From Octopus vulgaris (taxonomy: Eukaryota), in the NCBI GenBank assembly GCA_951406725.2, contig OX597820.1, positions 620,001-684,000 of the forward strand: a stretch of DNA of 64,000 nucleotides, given 5' to 3'. The notes below the pieces were generated by a model. That model saw only the letters and a list, made by a program, of their open reading frames with translations, had not been told where the DNA came from and did not search any database. Each line of letters begins with the position of its first letter. Position 1 is the stretch's first letter. The translations under genes were made by a program, and so were the position numbers. This document shows positions 36,501 through 50,650 of the stretch, piece after piece.

Positions 36501-39500
36501 CCCATTTTTATTTTTTATTCTGCCACACGATGACGAGACACAAAGCTAAGAATATTTTTCTCTTTCTTCTCCCTCTCTACTCCGCTCCTAATATCTTAAA
36601 TGTTTTCAGTACTGACAGTTTTAAATGATCTCATCGCTAACAACCTCTTAGAATTTCGTTAATTCTGACCATCGTCCCTTAATTCCGACCGACCCGGTTC
36701 GCTGGCCATTTTTATTTTTTATTCTGCCACACGATGACGAGACGCAAAGCTAAGAATATTTTTCTCTTTCTTCTCCCTCTCTACACCGCTCCTAATATCT
36801 TAAATGTTTTCAGTACTGAGAGTTTTAAATGATCTCATCGCTAACAACCTCTTAGAATTTCGTTAATTCTGACCATCGTCCCTTAATTCCGACCGACCTG
36901 TTCGTAGGCCATTTTAATTTTTTTTGTGCTACACGATGACGAGACGCAAAGCTAAGAATATTTTCCTCTTTCTTCTCCCTCTCTACTCCGCTCCTAATAT
37001 CTTAAATGTTTTCAGTACTGACAGTTTTAAATGATCTCATCGCTAACAACCTCTTAGAATTTCGTTAATTCTGACCATCGTCCCTTAATTCCGACCGACC
37101 GTTCGCTGGCCATTTTTATTTTTATTGCCACACGATTACGGGAACCTCTTAGAATTTCGTTAATTCTCCCTTAATTCCGACCGACCTGTTCGCTAGCCAT
37201 TCTTATTTTTTATTCTGCCACACGATGACGAGACGCAAAGCTTAGAATATTTTCCTCTTTCTTCTCCCTTCTCTACACCGCTCCTAATATCTTAAATGTT
37301 TTCAGTACTGACAGTTTTAAATGATCTCATCGCTAACAACCTCTTAGAATTTCGTTAATTCTGACCATCGTCCCTTAATTCCGACCGACATGTTCGCTGG
37401 CCATTTTTATTTTTTATTCTGCCACACGATGACGAGACGCAAAGCTAAGAATATTTTACTCTTTCTTCTCCCTCTCTACTCCGCTCCTAATATTTTAAAT
37501 GTTTTCAGTACTGACAGTTTTAAATGATCTCATCGCTAACAACCTCTTAGGATTTCGGTAATTCTTACCATCGTCCCTTAATTCCAACGGACCTGTTCGC
37601 TAGCCATTTTTATTTTTTATTCTGCCACACGATGACGAGACACAAAGCTAAGAATATTTTTCTCTTTCTTCTCCCTCTCTACTCCGCTCCTAATATCTAA
37701 GATGTTTTCAGTACTGACAGTTTTAAATGATCTCATCGCTAACAACCTCTTAGAATTTCGTTAATTCTGACCATCGTCCCTTAATTCCGACCACCCGGTT
37801 CGCTGGCCATTTTTATTTTTTATTCTGCCACACGATGACGAGACGCAAAGCTAAGAATATTTTTTCTCTTTCTTCTCCCTCTACACCGCCCCTAATATCT
37901 TAAATGTTTTCAGTACTGACAGTTTCAAATGATCTCATCGCTAACAACCTCTTAGAATTTCGTTAGTTCTGACCAACGTCACTTAATTCCGACCGACCTG
38001 TTCGCTGGCCATTTTTTATTTTTTATTCTGCCACACGATGACGAGACACAAAGCTAAGAATATTTTTCTCTTTCTTCTCCCTCTCTACACCGCTCCTAAA
38101 AACTTAAATGTTTTCAGTACTGACAGTTTTAAATGATCTCATCGCTAACAACCTCTTAGAATTTCGTTAATTCTGACCTTCGTCCCTTAATTCCGACCGA
38201 CCTGTTCGCTAGCCATTTTTATTTTTTATTCTGCCACACGATGACGAGACGCAAAGCTAAGAATATTTTTCTCTTTCTTCTCCCTCTCTACTCCGCTCCT
38301 AATATCTTAAATGTTTTCAGTACTGACAGTTTTAAGTGATCTCATCGCTAACAACCTCTTAGAATTTCGTTAATTCTGACCATCGTCCCTTAATTCCGAC
38401 AGACCTGTTCGCTGCCCATTTTTATTTTTCATTCTGCCACACGATGACGAGACGCAACGCTAAGAATATTTTCCTCTTTCTTTTCCCTCTCTACACCGCT
38501 CCTAATATCTTAAATGTTTTCAGTACTGACGGTTTTCAATGATCTCATCGCTAAGAACCTCTTAGAACTTCGTTAATTCAGACCATCGTCCCTTAATTCG
38601 GACCGACCTGTTCGCTGGCCATTTTTATTTTTTATTCTGCCACACGTTGACGAGACACGAAGCTAAGAATATTTCTGTTTCTTCCCCCTCTCTACACCGC
38701 TCCTAATATCTTAAATGTTTTCAGTACTGACAGTTTCAAATGATCTCATCGCTAACAACCTCTTAGAATTTCGTTAATTCTGACCATCGTCCCTTAATTC
38801 AAACCGACCTGTTCGCTGGCCATTTTTATTTTTTATTCTGCCACACGATGACGAGACGCAAAGCTAAGAATATTTTTTCTCTTTCTTCTCTCTCTCTACT
38901 CCGCTCCTAATATCTTAAATGTTTTCAGTACTGACAGTTTTAAATGATCTCATCGCAAACAACCTCTTAGAATTTCGTTAATTCTGACCATCGTCCCTTA
39001 ATTCCGACCGACCAGTTCGCTGGCCATTTTTATTTTTTATTCTGCCACACGATTACGGGAACCTCTTAGAATTTCGTTAATTCTCCCTTAATTCCGACCG
39101 ACCTGTTCGGCCATTTTTTTTTTATCTGCCACGATGACGAGACGCAAAGCTAAGAATATTTTTCTCTTTCTTCTCCCTCTCTACACCGCTCCTAATATCT
39201 TAAATGTTTTCAGTACTGACAGTTTTAAATGATCTCATCGCTAACAACCTCTTAGAATTTCGTTAATTCTGACCATCGTCCCTTAATTCCGACCGACCTG
39301 TTCGCTGGCCATTTTTATTTTTTATTCTGCCACACGATGACGAGACGCAAAGCTAAGAATATTTTCTCTTTCTTCTCCCTCTCTACTCCGCTCCTAATAT
39401 CTTAAATGTTTTCAGTACTGACAGTTTTAAATGATCTCATCGCTAACAACCTCTTAGAATTTCGTTAATTCTGACCATCGTCCCTTAATTCCGACCGACC

Positions 39501-41966
39501 TGTTCGCTGCCATTTTTATTTTTCATTCTGCCACACGATGACGAGACGCAACGCTAAGAATATTTTCCTCTTTCTTTTCCCTCTCTACACCGCTCCTAAT
39601 ATCTTAAATGTTTTCAGTACTGACGGTTTTCAATGATCTCATCGCTAACAACCTCTTAGAACTTCGTTAATTCTGACCATCGTCCCTTAATTCCGACCGA
39701 CCTGTTCGCTAGCCATTCTTATTTTTTATTCTGCCACACGTTGACGAGACGCAAAGCTAAGAATATTTTTCTCTTTCTTCTCCCTCTCTACACCGCTCCT
39801 AATATCTTAAATGTTTTCAGTACTGACAGTTTTAAATGATCTCATCGCTAACAACCTCTTAGAATTTCGTTAATTCTGACCATCGTCCCTTAATTCCGAC
39901 CGACCTGTTCGCTGGCCATTTTTATTTTTTATTCTGCCACACGATGACGAGACACAAAGCTAAGAATATTTTTCTCTTTCTTCTCCCTCTCTACTCCGCT
40001 CCTAATATCTTAAATGTTTTCAGTACTGACAGTTTTAAATGATCTCATCGCAAACAACCTCTTAGAATTTCGTTAATTCTGACCATCGTCCCTTAATTCC
40101 GACCGACCTGTTCGCTGGCCATTTTTATTTTTATTCTGCCATACGATTACGGGAACCTCTTAGAATTCGTTATCGCTCCCTTAATTCCGACAGCCTTCGA
40201 CCTTTGCCATTTTATTTTTTATTCTGCCACACGATGACGAGACGCAAAGCTAAGAATATTTTCCTCTTTCTTCTCCTTCTCTACACCGCTCCTAATAACT
40301 TAAATGTTTTCAGTACTGACTGATTTAAATGATCTCATCGCTAACAACCTCTTAGAATTTCGTAAATTTTGACCATCGTGCCTTAATTCCGACCGACCTG
40401 TTCGCTAGCCATTTTTATTTTTTATTCTGCCACACTATGACGAGACGCAAAGCTAAGAATATTTTCCTCTTTCATCTCCCTCTCTACACCGCTCCTAATA
40501 TCTTAAATGTTTTCAGTACTGACAATGTTAAATGATCTCATCGCAAACAACCTCTTAGCATTTCGTTAATTCTAACCATCGTCCCTTAAATCCGACCGAC
40601 CTGTTCGCTAGCCATTTTTATTTTTTATTCTTCCACATGATGACGAGACGCAAAGCTAAGAATATTTTCCTCTTTCTTCTCCCTCTCTACACCGCTCCTA
40701 ATATCTTAAATGTTTTCAGTACTGACAGTTTTAAATGATCTCATCGCTAACAACCTCTTAGAATTTCGTTAATTCTGACCATCGTCACTTCATTCCGACC
40801 GACCTGTTCGCTAGCCATTCTTATTTTTTATTCTACCACACGATGACGAGTGCAAAGCTTAGAATATTTTCGTCTTTCTTCTCCCTCTCTACACCGCTCC
40901 TAATATCTTAAATGTTTTCAGTACTGACTGTTTTAAATGATCTCATCGCTAACAACCTCTTAGAATTTCGTTAATTCTGACCATCGTCACTTAATTACAA
41001 CCGACCTGTTCGCTAGCCATTTTTATTTTTTATTCTGCCACACGATGACGAGACGCAAAGCTAAGAATATTTTTCTCTTTCTTCTCCCTCTCTACTCCGC
41101 TCCTAATATCTTAAATGTTTTCAGTCTGATCCATTGGCTTTAAAGTTCATTTCATTTACTCCAAAAAGACATCTCTGTATGCTCATCGCTAACAACCTCC
41201 TACAATTTTTTAATTCTGAAAATCGTCACTTCATTCCGACCGACCTGTTCGCTAGCCATTCTTATTTTTTATTCTGCCACACGATGACGAGACGCAAAGC
41301 TTAGAATATTTTCCTCTTTCTTCTCCCTCTCTACACCGCTCCTAATATCTTAAATGTTTTCAGTACTGACAGTTTTAAATGATCTCATCGCTAACAACCT
41401 CTTAGAATTTCGTTAATTCTGACCATCGTCCCTTAAATTCCGACCGACCTGTTCGCTAGCCATTTTTATTTTTTATTCTGCCACACGATGACGAGAGGCA
41501 AAGCTAAGAATATTTTTCTCTTTCTTCTCCCTCTCTACACCGCTCCTAATAACTTAAATGTTTTCAGTACTGACAGTTTTAAATGATCTCATCGCTAACA
41601 ACCTCTTAGAATTTCGTTAATTCTGACCATCGTCCCTTAATTCCGACCGACCTGTTCGCTGGCAATTTTTATTTTTTATTCTGCCACACGATGACGAGAC
41701 GCAAAGCTAAGAATATTTTTCTCTTTCTTCTCCCTCTCTACTCCGCTCCTAATAACTTAAATGATGATGATGATGAATAGTTTTCAGTACTCAGTTTTAA
41801 ATGATCTCATCGCTAACAACCTCTTAGAATTTCGTTAATTCTGACCATCGTCCCTTAATTCCGACCGACCAGTTCGCTGGCCATTTTTATTTTTATTCTG
41901 CCACACGATTACGGGAACCTCTTAGAATTTCGTTAAAATTCCCTTAATTCCGACCGACCTGTTCGC
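33521..41966. repeat. Satellite array, ~203-bp monomer, ~41 copies
   Basis: tgacagtttt starts at 33981, 34184, 34385, 34588 and 34791. Monomers are highly similar. Confidence 0.97.
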
Positions 41967-42189
41967 CTTGCGCCCGCCCGCCCAAACCCAAACCGACCCC
42001 CACCACCAATACCGGATATCTCTCTATTCTCTCCCCTTCCCACCCTCTCTTAACTTCTCTCCTAGTGATATTGCTGCTGCTACTACAACTGCTGCTGATG
42101 ATGATGATGAATATTCGTCGTTGAAAATTAACATAGGCAAAAAAACCTCTAATAATAATTTAACATTACTTGAAAATGTAGTGGGTAGC

Positions 42190-45100
42190 GAACTTCTTCA
42201 TTACTTCTGGGAGTTACGTCCCTGTCTGACACGAGTTCCGGGCTGAGCTGGCTCCGGCTGACAGTACCCGGTATGGGCCCCTATCCAGGGTTACGGAAAG
42301 GAGACAACCTTCAAAGAAATCCGGAGTGGAGCCCCGACGGCGGTCTAGTGTTCGACTCGACACTCTTCCGGCAGCTCATGCAACCAAGCTGGTGCCAAAC
42401 GTAATGCACTGCACTCCACTGGACTACATCAGCAAGGTCGAGAGAGGAAACCTGACGATTGGGCTACCCTGGACTTTCTTACCTATAGCCTAGGCCTGCG
42501 CAAAACTGGAGAGGACACTTCAGTGCTGCTGTAAATAGCTACAGAAACAACACGAGAGGTAACAGTCACGAGTGATAAGTCCATTCAGATTGGCGTAAAA
42601 TATGGGCGCTACGGGTTACCTCTGACGGTGGGAGGGACTTCCGTGTCCAATTGGTTAGCTACTGCCCACCTCAAGCTGGGCAGCCCCCAGTTAATAAGGT
42701 GCTGACCCGCCTGCTCCATTGGGTGCTTGGAGCTAAGAGTACGACTCGAAAAGCGGCCTGCAACCTCTGCACCAGCAAGCAACTAAAAGTCAAGAAAACA
42801 CCAGTTCTACGGTTGGCAAGCTGGAATGTCAGGACCATGTGTCCTGGAATATCTGATGATCTTCTCAGGATTGAAGACACAAGGAAAACGGCCATCATTG
42901 ACCGTGAACTAAAGAGGCTCAACATAGATATTGTTGGGCTGCAGGAGACAAGACTTCCCTCAAACGGCAAACTCAAAGAACAGGATTTCACCTTCTTTTG
43001 GCAGGGAAGCGATCCAGAAGAACCTCGTCAGCATGGCGTTGGCTTTGCAGTGAGAAACTCATTACTCTCCTCAATAGAACCACCATCAGGAAGCACTGAG
43101 CGTATCCTCTCACTGCGCCTCTCGACTTCTTCTGGCTCAGTACATCTACTCAGCATCTATGCACCCACTCTCTACAGCTCAGAGGAGACCAAGGACCAGT
43201 TCTACAAAGATCTCAACTGTGTCATAGAAAATATACCAACGACTGAAAATATCTACCTTCTAGGGGATTTTAACGCTCGCGTGGGATCTGACCATAATTC
43301 GTGGCCCATTTGTGTTGGACACTTTGGTATTGGCAACATGAATGACAATGGTCAGAGACTACTCGAATTCTGCACATACCACAACCTGTGCATCACAAAC
43401 ACATTCTTTACCAACAAGCCATCCTGGAGACATCCAAGATCTCACCACTGGCATCAGCTGGATCTCATCATTACACGGAGATCCTTTCTGAATTCTACTC
43501 TATTGACCCGCAGTTACCACAGCGCGGATTGTGACACAGACCACTCACTAATTAGAAGCAGGGTGAGGATTCTGCCTAAAAAAGTCCATCGCTCCAAGAA
43601 AGTGGGCCGACCACGCATCAACACCACCAGAACCTCGGACCCTACACTGCGAAAATGTTTTGCTGCATCTATCAAGGTTGCCCTCAGTAGCTGCCCAACC
43701 TCCTCTGCTGAAAGTAGGTGGGACTATATCAGGGAAGCCTTGTATACGACATCATTGGATACTTTCGGCATGAGAGAAAGGCAAAACCCAGATTGGTTCA
43801 ATGCTGGGCTCTCAGAGCTGGAGCCAGTTATCGAAGCAAAGCGTGCAGCTCTGGTGCAATACAAGAGTGACTCTTCTGCAAAGTCACTTGAAGAACTCAG
43901 AAAGGCATGAAATAAAACCCAACTGACAGCCAGACGCTGTGCAAATAGGTATTGGCAGGAAATCTGTCAGAGTATCCAGTTAGCTGCTGACAGGGGCGAC
44001 ACCATTGGGATGTATGCCGGTTTGAAGAAGGCCCTCGGTCCATCCGCAACCAAGTCAGCCCCTCTGAAATCAACTACTGGAGATCTCATCAGGGATCAAG
44101 GCAAGCAAATGGATAGATGGGTGGAGCACTACCAGGATCTCTACTCACGGGCGACCACAGTGGCTGAGGCTGCAGTCGAGAGTGTCAAGATCTTGCCAGT
44201 CATGTGCGAACTTGACAGTCCACCATCTATAGCAGAGCTCACCAAGGCTGTTGACTCCCTAGCAAGAAATAAGGCTCCGGGAAAAGACGGCATCCCCTCT
44301 GAGATCATCAAAGCCGGCAAAAACACCATCCTGCTTCGGCACCTTCATGAGCTTCTGTGTCAGTGCTGGGAAGAGGGTACAGTCCCTCAGGATATGCGGG
44401 ATGCCAACATCATTACGCTTTACAAAAACAAAGGTGACCGTGGTGATTGTAACAATTACCGTGGAATATCTCTTCTAAGCACTGTTGGAAAGACCTTTGC
44501 CCGCGTTATCCTGGCCAGGCTACAACTACTTGCTTCTCGAATCTATCCGGAATCGCAGTGTGGCTTTAGAAGAAGCAGATTAACTATCGATATGATATTT
44601 TCCATACGCCAACTTCAGGAGAAGTCCAGAGAGCAGAAAATGCCATTATATATAGCCTTCATTGATCTAACAAAGGCTTTTGACTCGGTAAGCAGAACAG
44701 GCCTCTTCATCCTGCTCCAAAAGATCGGATGTCCACCAAAGCTGCTGAGGATCATCAAGTCTTTCCATGATGACATGCAAGACACCATGCAGCACAACGG
44801 TTCAACATCAGCCGCCTTCCAAATAAAAAATGGGGTAAAGCAAGGCTGTGTCCTCGCTCCTACATTGTTTGGCATCTTCTCGCTCTTACTTTCACATGCC
44901 TTTCAGACATCAGATGATGGAGTGTTTCTGTACAGTAGAAGTGACGGGAAACTGTTTAATCTCTCGCACCTGCGTGCCAAGACCAAAATCAGAAACGTCC
45001 TGATCAAGATGTTATTTGCTGATGAAGCCGCTCTGGTAACACACACAGAAGAAGCCCTCCAAAGGCTCATTAACGGTTGGGAGGCAGTTGCCGGCAACCG

Positions 45101-45392
45101 TGGAGAATGGCGACGTACAGTAAAAGAGGGAATACAAAAGAGTGACAGAGAGAGAGAGAGGAGAAATGGAAAGAAAGGAAGAGACATAAACAAGAGACTA
45201 TGGCACTACAACCAGCCAGGAACAGTCTTTGCTACAGTTGCGGTACCTACCAGAGGGAGTGTTTGTCCAGGATAGGACTACACAGCCACAGCAGGAAATG
45301 TATCAGGACATGAAATGTAAAAGCCGGACTAGACTACTTCATGCGCAACTCCATTGTCTCCCGAGACAGAAAGGATGCCAATACAATACAAT
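42190..45392 (+). mobile_element. RTE/BovB-like LINE with long 5' UTR, internally deleted near the 3' end
   Basis: APE motifs (ASWNVRT, GLQETR, IYAPT, GDFNAR, TDHSL) and RT motifs (QCGFR, FIDLTKAFD, GVKQGCVLAP). (CAATA)n tail at ~45379-45392. Confidence 0.92.
42651..45275 (+). pseudogene. APE-RT polyprotein of the RTE element, disabled
   Basis: The two ORFs are in the same frame, split by one TGA (43908-43910). The catalytic motif reads FADE rather than FADD. There is an abrupt jump LQRLIN|GWEAVA at ~45075. Confidence 0.88.
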
Positions 45393-46129
45393 TAGTGGCA
45401 CAATGAGGATTTGAAAGACATTCCAAAAATTCTCCATGAGATTTTTATGTAAATAGATGTACACACTTGGGTGTATGTATTGACAGTTCAACTAACACAC
45501 CAACTCAACTCCATATTTACAAACACTTGGAACTTTTTTAACTCTACAAGACTTGTTGCTTTGATAGTGACCAGCTTGAACTCTCTCAAGAACTCAAAGA
45601 AAAATCCTTCCTATGTACCTACCTTCTTTCCTTCACTTACATCAGTCATGTGACTATGGCCATACTGGAGTACTGCAATGAAGGATTTAGGGCAGGTCCC
45701 GGTATTAGTAGATGATGTCATTCAGCCTAGTCTCTTGATCTATGTCATGAGGCTGTGTTGTGTGGCTGAATGATGTCGCCTACCAATACCACAAGATTGC
45801 CAGATTTAGTCGAACATATTAATCCCAGGACTTATTCTACTGGTCTCTTTTGCCAAGTTACAGGGACATAAACAAACTAACACTGGTTGTCAAGCAGTAC
45901 TGAAGGGCAAACACCGAAACCAGGGAAATGATCTTGCTTGAAATGCAGAAAAGGAGTAACTCAAAACTCCGTATGCTGTATTGATGTAAACTATAGACAC
46001 AAGAGATGTAGAAGCATCACTGGCAGACTGTCTGAGAAATAAGCTTCGTATGTGATAAATGCAGTGGAACAGTATGTATGAGTACAGCAGAAATCTCTTA
46101 CAGGCTCGATTGGCTCACAGGAAGTTGAA

Positions 46130-47091
46130 AGCTTTTGTTGCCGAGAAGTAATTAGCCAAGAAGGTCATTGCACTGAAACTGTGGTTGTTAGAGTAAGAGC
46201 TGGTTGGAGAAAGTTTTGGGAGCTACTATTACTATCAATAATACAAATATTTTCCCTAAGGATGAAGAGCAGATTGTATGATGCTAGTATTAGAGATGCA
46301 ATGCTGCATGCTAGTGAGATATGGGTCTTGAATGCAGAGGACTTGAGAAGACTGAAAAGAAATGAAGTGAGCATACTCTGTTGGATGTGCAATGTGAGCG
46401 TGCATGAAAAACATAGTACAAAGATGCAGAGTGTGAAACTAGGCATAAGAGGAATTAGATGTAGTGTGCAAAAAAGAAGACTGTGCTGGTATGAACATGT
46501 AATGTGTATGGATGAGGACTGCTGTATAAAGAAAATCCAAATACTTAATGTGGCTGGAACTTGTGGAAGAGAGAAGCCCAAGAAGACATGGGAAAAAGTG
46601 GTGAATGCTGACCATGGGACCCTGAGCCTGATGGAAATAACAAACAACCAGGGTCTTTATCAACATGAAGTTCTCAAAAACAGCTGTCTTCATCAATGAA
46701 ACTGAGTTCTGAAAGCAGTGTAGTATCCTCTTCAGTCACGTTACAATAACCCTAACCCTACACCCCTGCATTATGCCTGCCTTTCTCCACCCCAGTCTCA
46801 GCAATCTACCCAACCATGTAATCTCCTTCCCTTGTTCTTTCTCTGTCAACTGTATCATCATTACTACTCCTCCAGCTCCCCACCCATTCTCTTCTACATC
46901 CCTGTTCTGTATTTCATGGCTCATTATTCATCCACCCTTGAACCCTTCCCCTTTTGGCAGTCAGCTTCCTCAACCCTTCAACACCTTCCTATAAAATCTT
47001 GCAAATCACCCACCCACTTCTACCCACCTTGTATTTATGGGGCCACCTGGGCACCACATCACCATTACCTACTTGTTGCAGCTCCTGACCA

Positions 47092-47147
<56 letters not shown>

Positions 47148-47440
47148 CTAAATGAGAATGGCCAAGAATGTGCTTGGCCCTTCCCTTCCTTTTCATAGTT
47201 TAACCCCTCCCCCACTTCTCCTAGGGGTTCATAGTCTTGTGAGCAGCATGGGAACCTCACAAGTGCCAGTGGAATGAAAACAGCTCCCAGTACATGCTGT
47301 AAAATGTTTGGCATCAGAAAAGACATCCAGTCACAGAAATGATGCCAAACCAAACAATGAAGCTCTTGGACTCAGTGGATTCTGCCAAACCATGGAACAT
47401 GCACGTTAAATGTTGATGATGATGATGATGATGATGGTGA
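46130..47440 (+). mobile_element. Decayed 3' part of an RTE LINE (second family) with 3' UTR and (GAT)n tail
   Basis: RVRAGWRKFWEL...RLYDA...LHASEIW...RRLCWYEHV...REKPKKTW; tail at ~47413-47443. Confidence 0.8.
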
Positions 47441-48854
47441 TGATATATATATATAAATAAATACTGATGTGTCTGGGGAAATATATACGTGTGTGTGTTA
47501 AACAAAAACAAATAGATTAGTTCAAAAGCATAGTTTATACTAGGTTCATTACATATCAATATTACATAAATTCGTATAATTACATAACCACTCCATTTCA
47601 TTAGGTGATATTTTGCCATATATTATGAAACTATGACGGAAGAGATATTTATGACCAAACAGAATGACACTTGAAATTTCAATATAGGGTGGTGATATTA
47701 AACCTGGCGACCAATCAAAACAACATGATTCTGAAGATAACTAATCTATACTTAACTTCAACAGGATTGGTCTAATGGTTATATTCATTGTCATTATTTA
47801 ACATCCATGTTCTAACAGAGGTTGAAAGCTCTGAGCTTTCCTCATACTTTTCTTCTTTTAACAATTATACTTTCAGAACATCTTCCTCCATTGAGAATAG
47901 TAAGAATCTATTACTTCTAGGGAGCCTTTACAGCATTTGAGGAAATCTGTTTCCTATGTCTACTGTACATTTTCCACAAACAAACATTACTTTCTCTGTT
48001 ATTCTCCCTGCGATTCCATTGCAGCTCTTGTGCGTCCACAGCTTGTCCTGCTTACACTTTTCCTATATACTGTGTAAGGTCACTTATCTGAACAAAATAG
48101 TCCTGTCTGTTTTCTTTCTTACTAGAAATTTGGTCTTTGTTAAGTTTAACCTTAAGGCCTTTTGATTTCACAAATAATAAAATATCACATGTATAAGATT
48201 TAGTAATCACATTCTAACAGTATTAGTGAGTGGAGAAAATGTGTTTCCTAACACCTGTTTCTGCCCTGACAACTAGCATCTAACTGGGCACATTACATGT
48301 TCATAAGATGACCAACTTCATTAGTGTTTAATGCACAAAGTTATCCTATTGTTCTTTATCTCACTCATTGTATGATAACATCCAGTATCTACTACTTAAT
48401 GTGAAAATATGATTTGCAGATCAAGTTTGTGAATTCAATAATACATCAGTGTCACCATATGTTTCGGTTACATGGTCTACATATAAAATGACAAAATGAT
48501 AATTCCAGGCTAAACCAAATTTAGTTAAATTTCATGTCAAGAATATTCATAAAGAGTAATGAGGCTCATAATTCAAGATTACAGGTTGAGATGAGATGAA
48601 AGAAAAACAAGTGAGAAAACATATCATATATGACATACATATATTGATGATAATGCTTCATCTGGTTTTCATGAATGGAAACAGGCGGAGATGGTAATTA
48701 CGACAATGATGATTCCCAGGTTGTGGTTTCAATGGAGTAAATGACTCTGCCCAGCTTGTCTACGTTCTCTTCAGAAGTTTCAAATATTAAGTCAATTCAA
48801 GTTGAAACCATTCTGCTTTTACAATGGAGTAACAACGAACAAATTATACTGGCT

Positions 48855-50650
48855 ATCATCATCATTTAGCATCCATTGTCCATGCTGGCATGGGGTGGAC
48901 AGTTTTAACCAGGACTGGTAAGCTGAGGGGGATACACCGGACTCCCGTCTGATTTGACATGGTTTCTACAGCTGGATGCCCTTCCTAACACCAACCACTT
49001 CAAGAGTGTAATGGGTGCCTTTTATGTACCACTGGCACAGGTGCAAATCACGTGACACTAATATCTGCTACAACTACAATTTCACTTGGTTTCTCAAGCA
49101 CAGCATATTGCCAAAGGTTTCAGACATTTGTCATTGCTTCTGTGAGGCCCAGCACTTGAAAGGTGCTTTTTACGTGCCACCAGAATGGGTGCTAGTTGTG
49201 TGATACTGGCATCAACCACATTGCCTCTGTAAGGCCCAACACTAGAAAAGTACTTTTTACATGCCACCAAAGGCCTTGGTCACTAGTCATTGCCTCCATG
49301 AGGTCCAATGTTCGAAAATCCTGTTTTACCACCTTGTCCCATGTCTTTCTGGGTCTCTTTCACAGCTTCCTTCCACTGGTGGAGACTGGCATGTCTTCCC
49401 ACAGCTGTCAACATCCATACGCATCACATGGCCATATCAATGTAGTCATCTTTCTTGCACACCACATCTGATGCCTCTTATGCCCAACTTTTCTCTCAAG
49501 ATGCTTACACTCTGTCGTACATGCCCACTGACATTACACATCTAATAAAGCATACTAGCTTCCTTTCTTTCAAGCTTAGGCATGTCCTTGGCAGCCACAG
49601 CCCATGTTTCATTGTCACGTAGCATGGCTGTTTGCACACAAACATCATACAATCTGCCACTCACTCTGAAGGAGAGGCTCCTTGTTACTGAACTTTGCTC
49701 AACCTATTCTTATTCTAGCATCTAGGCTCTCAGAGCATCCACTCCTGCTACTGTCTTGGTCACCTAGGTAACAAAAGCTATTAACTACTACTAGTTTTCT
49801 CCCTCTTGCATCTGATGGAGTCTATTTTCTGTACATTTTTAGTGTTAATTGTACCTGTGCACCTCCCACACACACAAAAGCTAGTTTCTGTTAACCTTCT
49901 TCTGATATTGTTGCACCTCTTATTTGTCTTTAGCCTAACCAGGTACATCTTATGGAATTTCTGCCCATGTCTTACATCTTATGGAATTCTGCCCATGTCT
50001 TACATATCAAGCAGGGCCATCTACCTGAGGAGATTTGTGATGTGTCTGCCTTCCTACTTATTAAGACTTTGGTTTTTGCTAGGTTAACTCTAAAGCCCTT
50101 CAATTCTAGACCTTGCTTCCACACACAAAACTTCTCTAGTTCTGATAGCAATTCAGCTATAAGAACAAGGTTATAAGCATCCCAGGGACAGCCCGTCTTG
50201 AATTCCTTTGTTATGGCCTGGGGGACTATAATGAACAAGAAGGGGCTGAGGACTGAACCTTGGTGAACTCCTTCTTGTACCCTGAATTATTTACTACACA
50301 CGTTGCCAACTCTCAGCTTACTGACACCATCCCTGTACATGGCATGTGCAACTTTCACCAACCACTCCGCTATCCCTAGTTTCCACATTCATCACCAGAT
50401 AGGGGATCGGAGGACCCTGTCAAAGGCTTTCTCCATGTCAACAAAAGCCAAATATAGAGGTTTATCTTTGGCTAGGTATTTCTCTTGCAGCTGTCTTACC
50501 AGAAATATAGCATCAATGGTGATTCTACCTGGCACAAAACAAAACTGCATCTCATCTAGGCAGACTCTCTCCCTAATTAGTTGGGCCGTGACCCTCTCCA
50601 TGACTTTCATCACCTGATCCAACAATCTGATACCTCTGTAATTATTTCTA
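48855..50650 (-). mobile_element. 5'-truncated decayed RTE LINE
   Basis: LVRQLQEKYLAKDKPLYLAFVDMEKAFDRV; (ATC)n tail at ~48855. Confidence 0.85.

Noticed and set aside
33521-41966. CRISPR-like array, or tandem ribozyme/RNA-gene array
   Set aside because: Head-to-tail monomers with no unique spacers and no cas genes, in a eukaryotic context. No hammerhead core, tRNA, 5S or snRNA signature was recognised on either strand.
43908-43910. Programmed readthrough between APE and RT
   Set aside because: More simply a CGA-to-TGA mutation. The same copy also has FADE and a deletion, so it is decaying.
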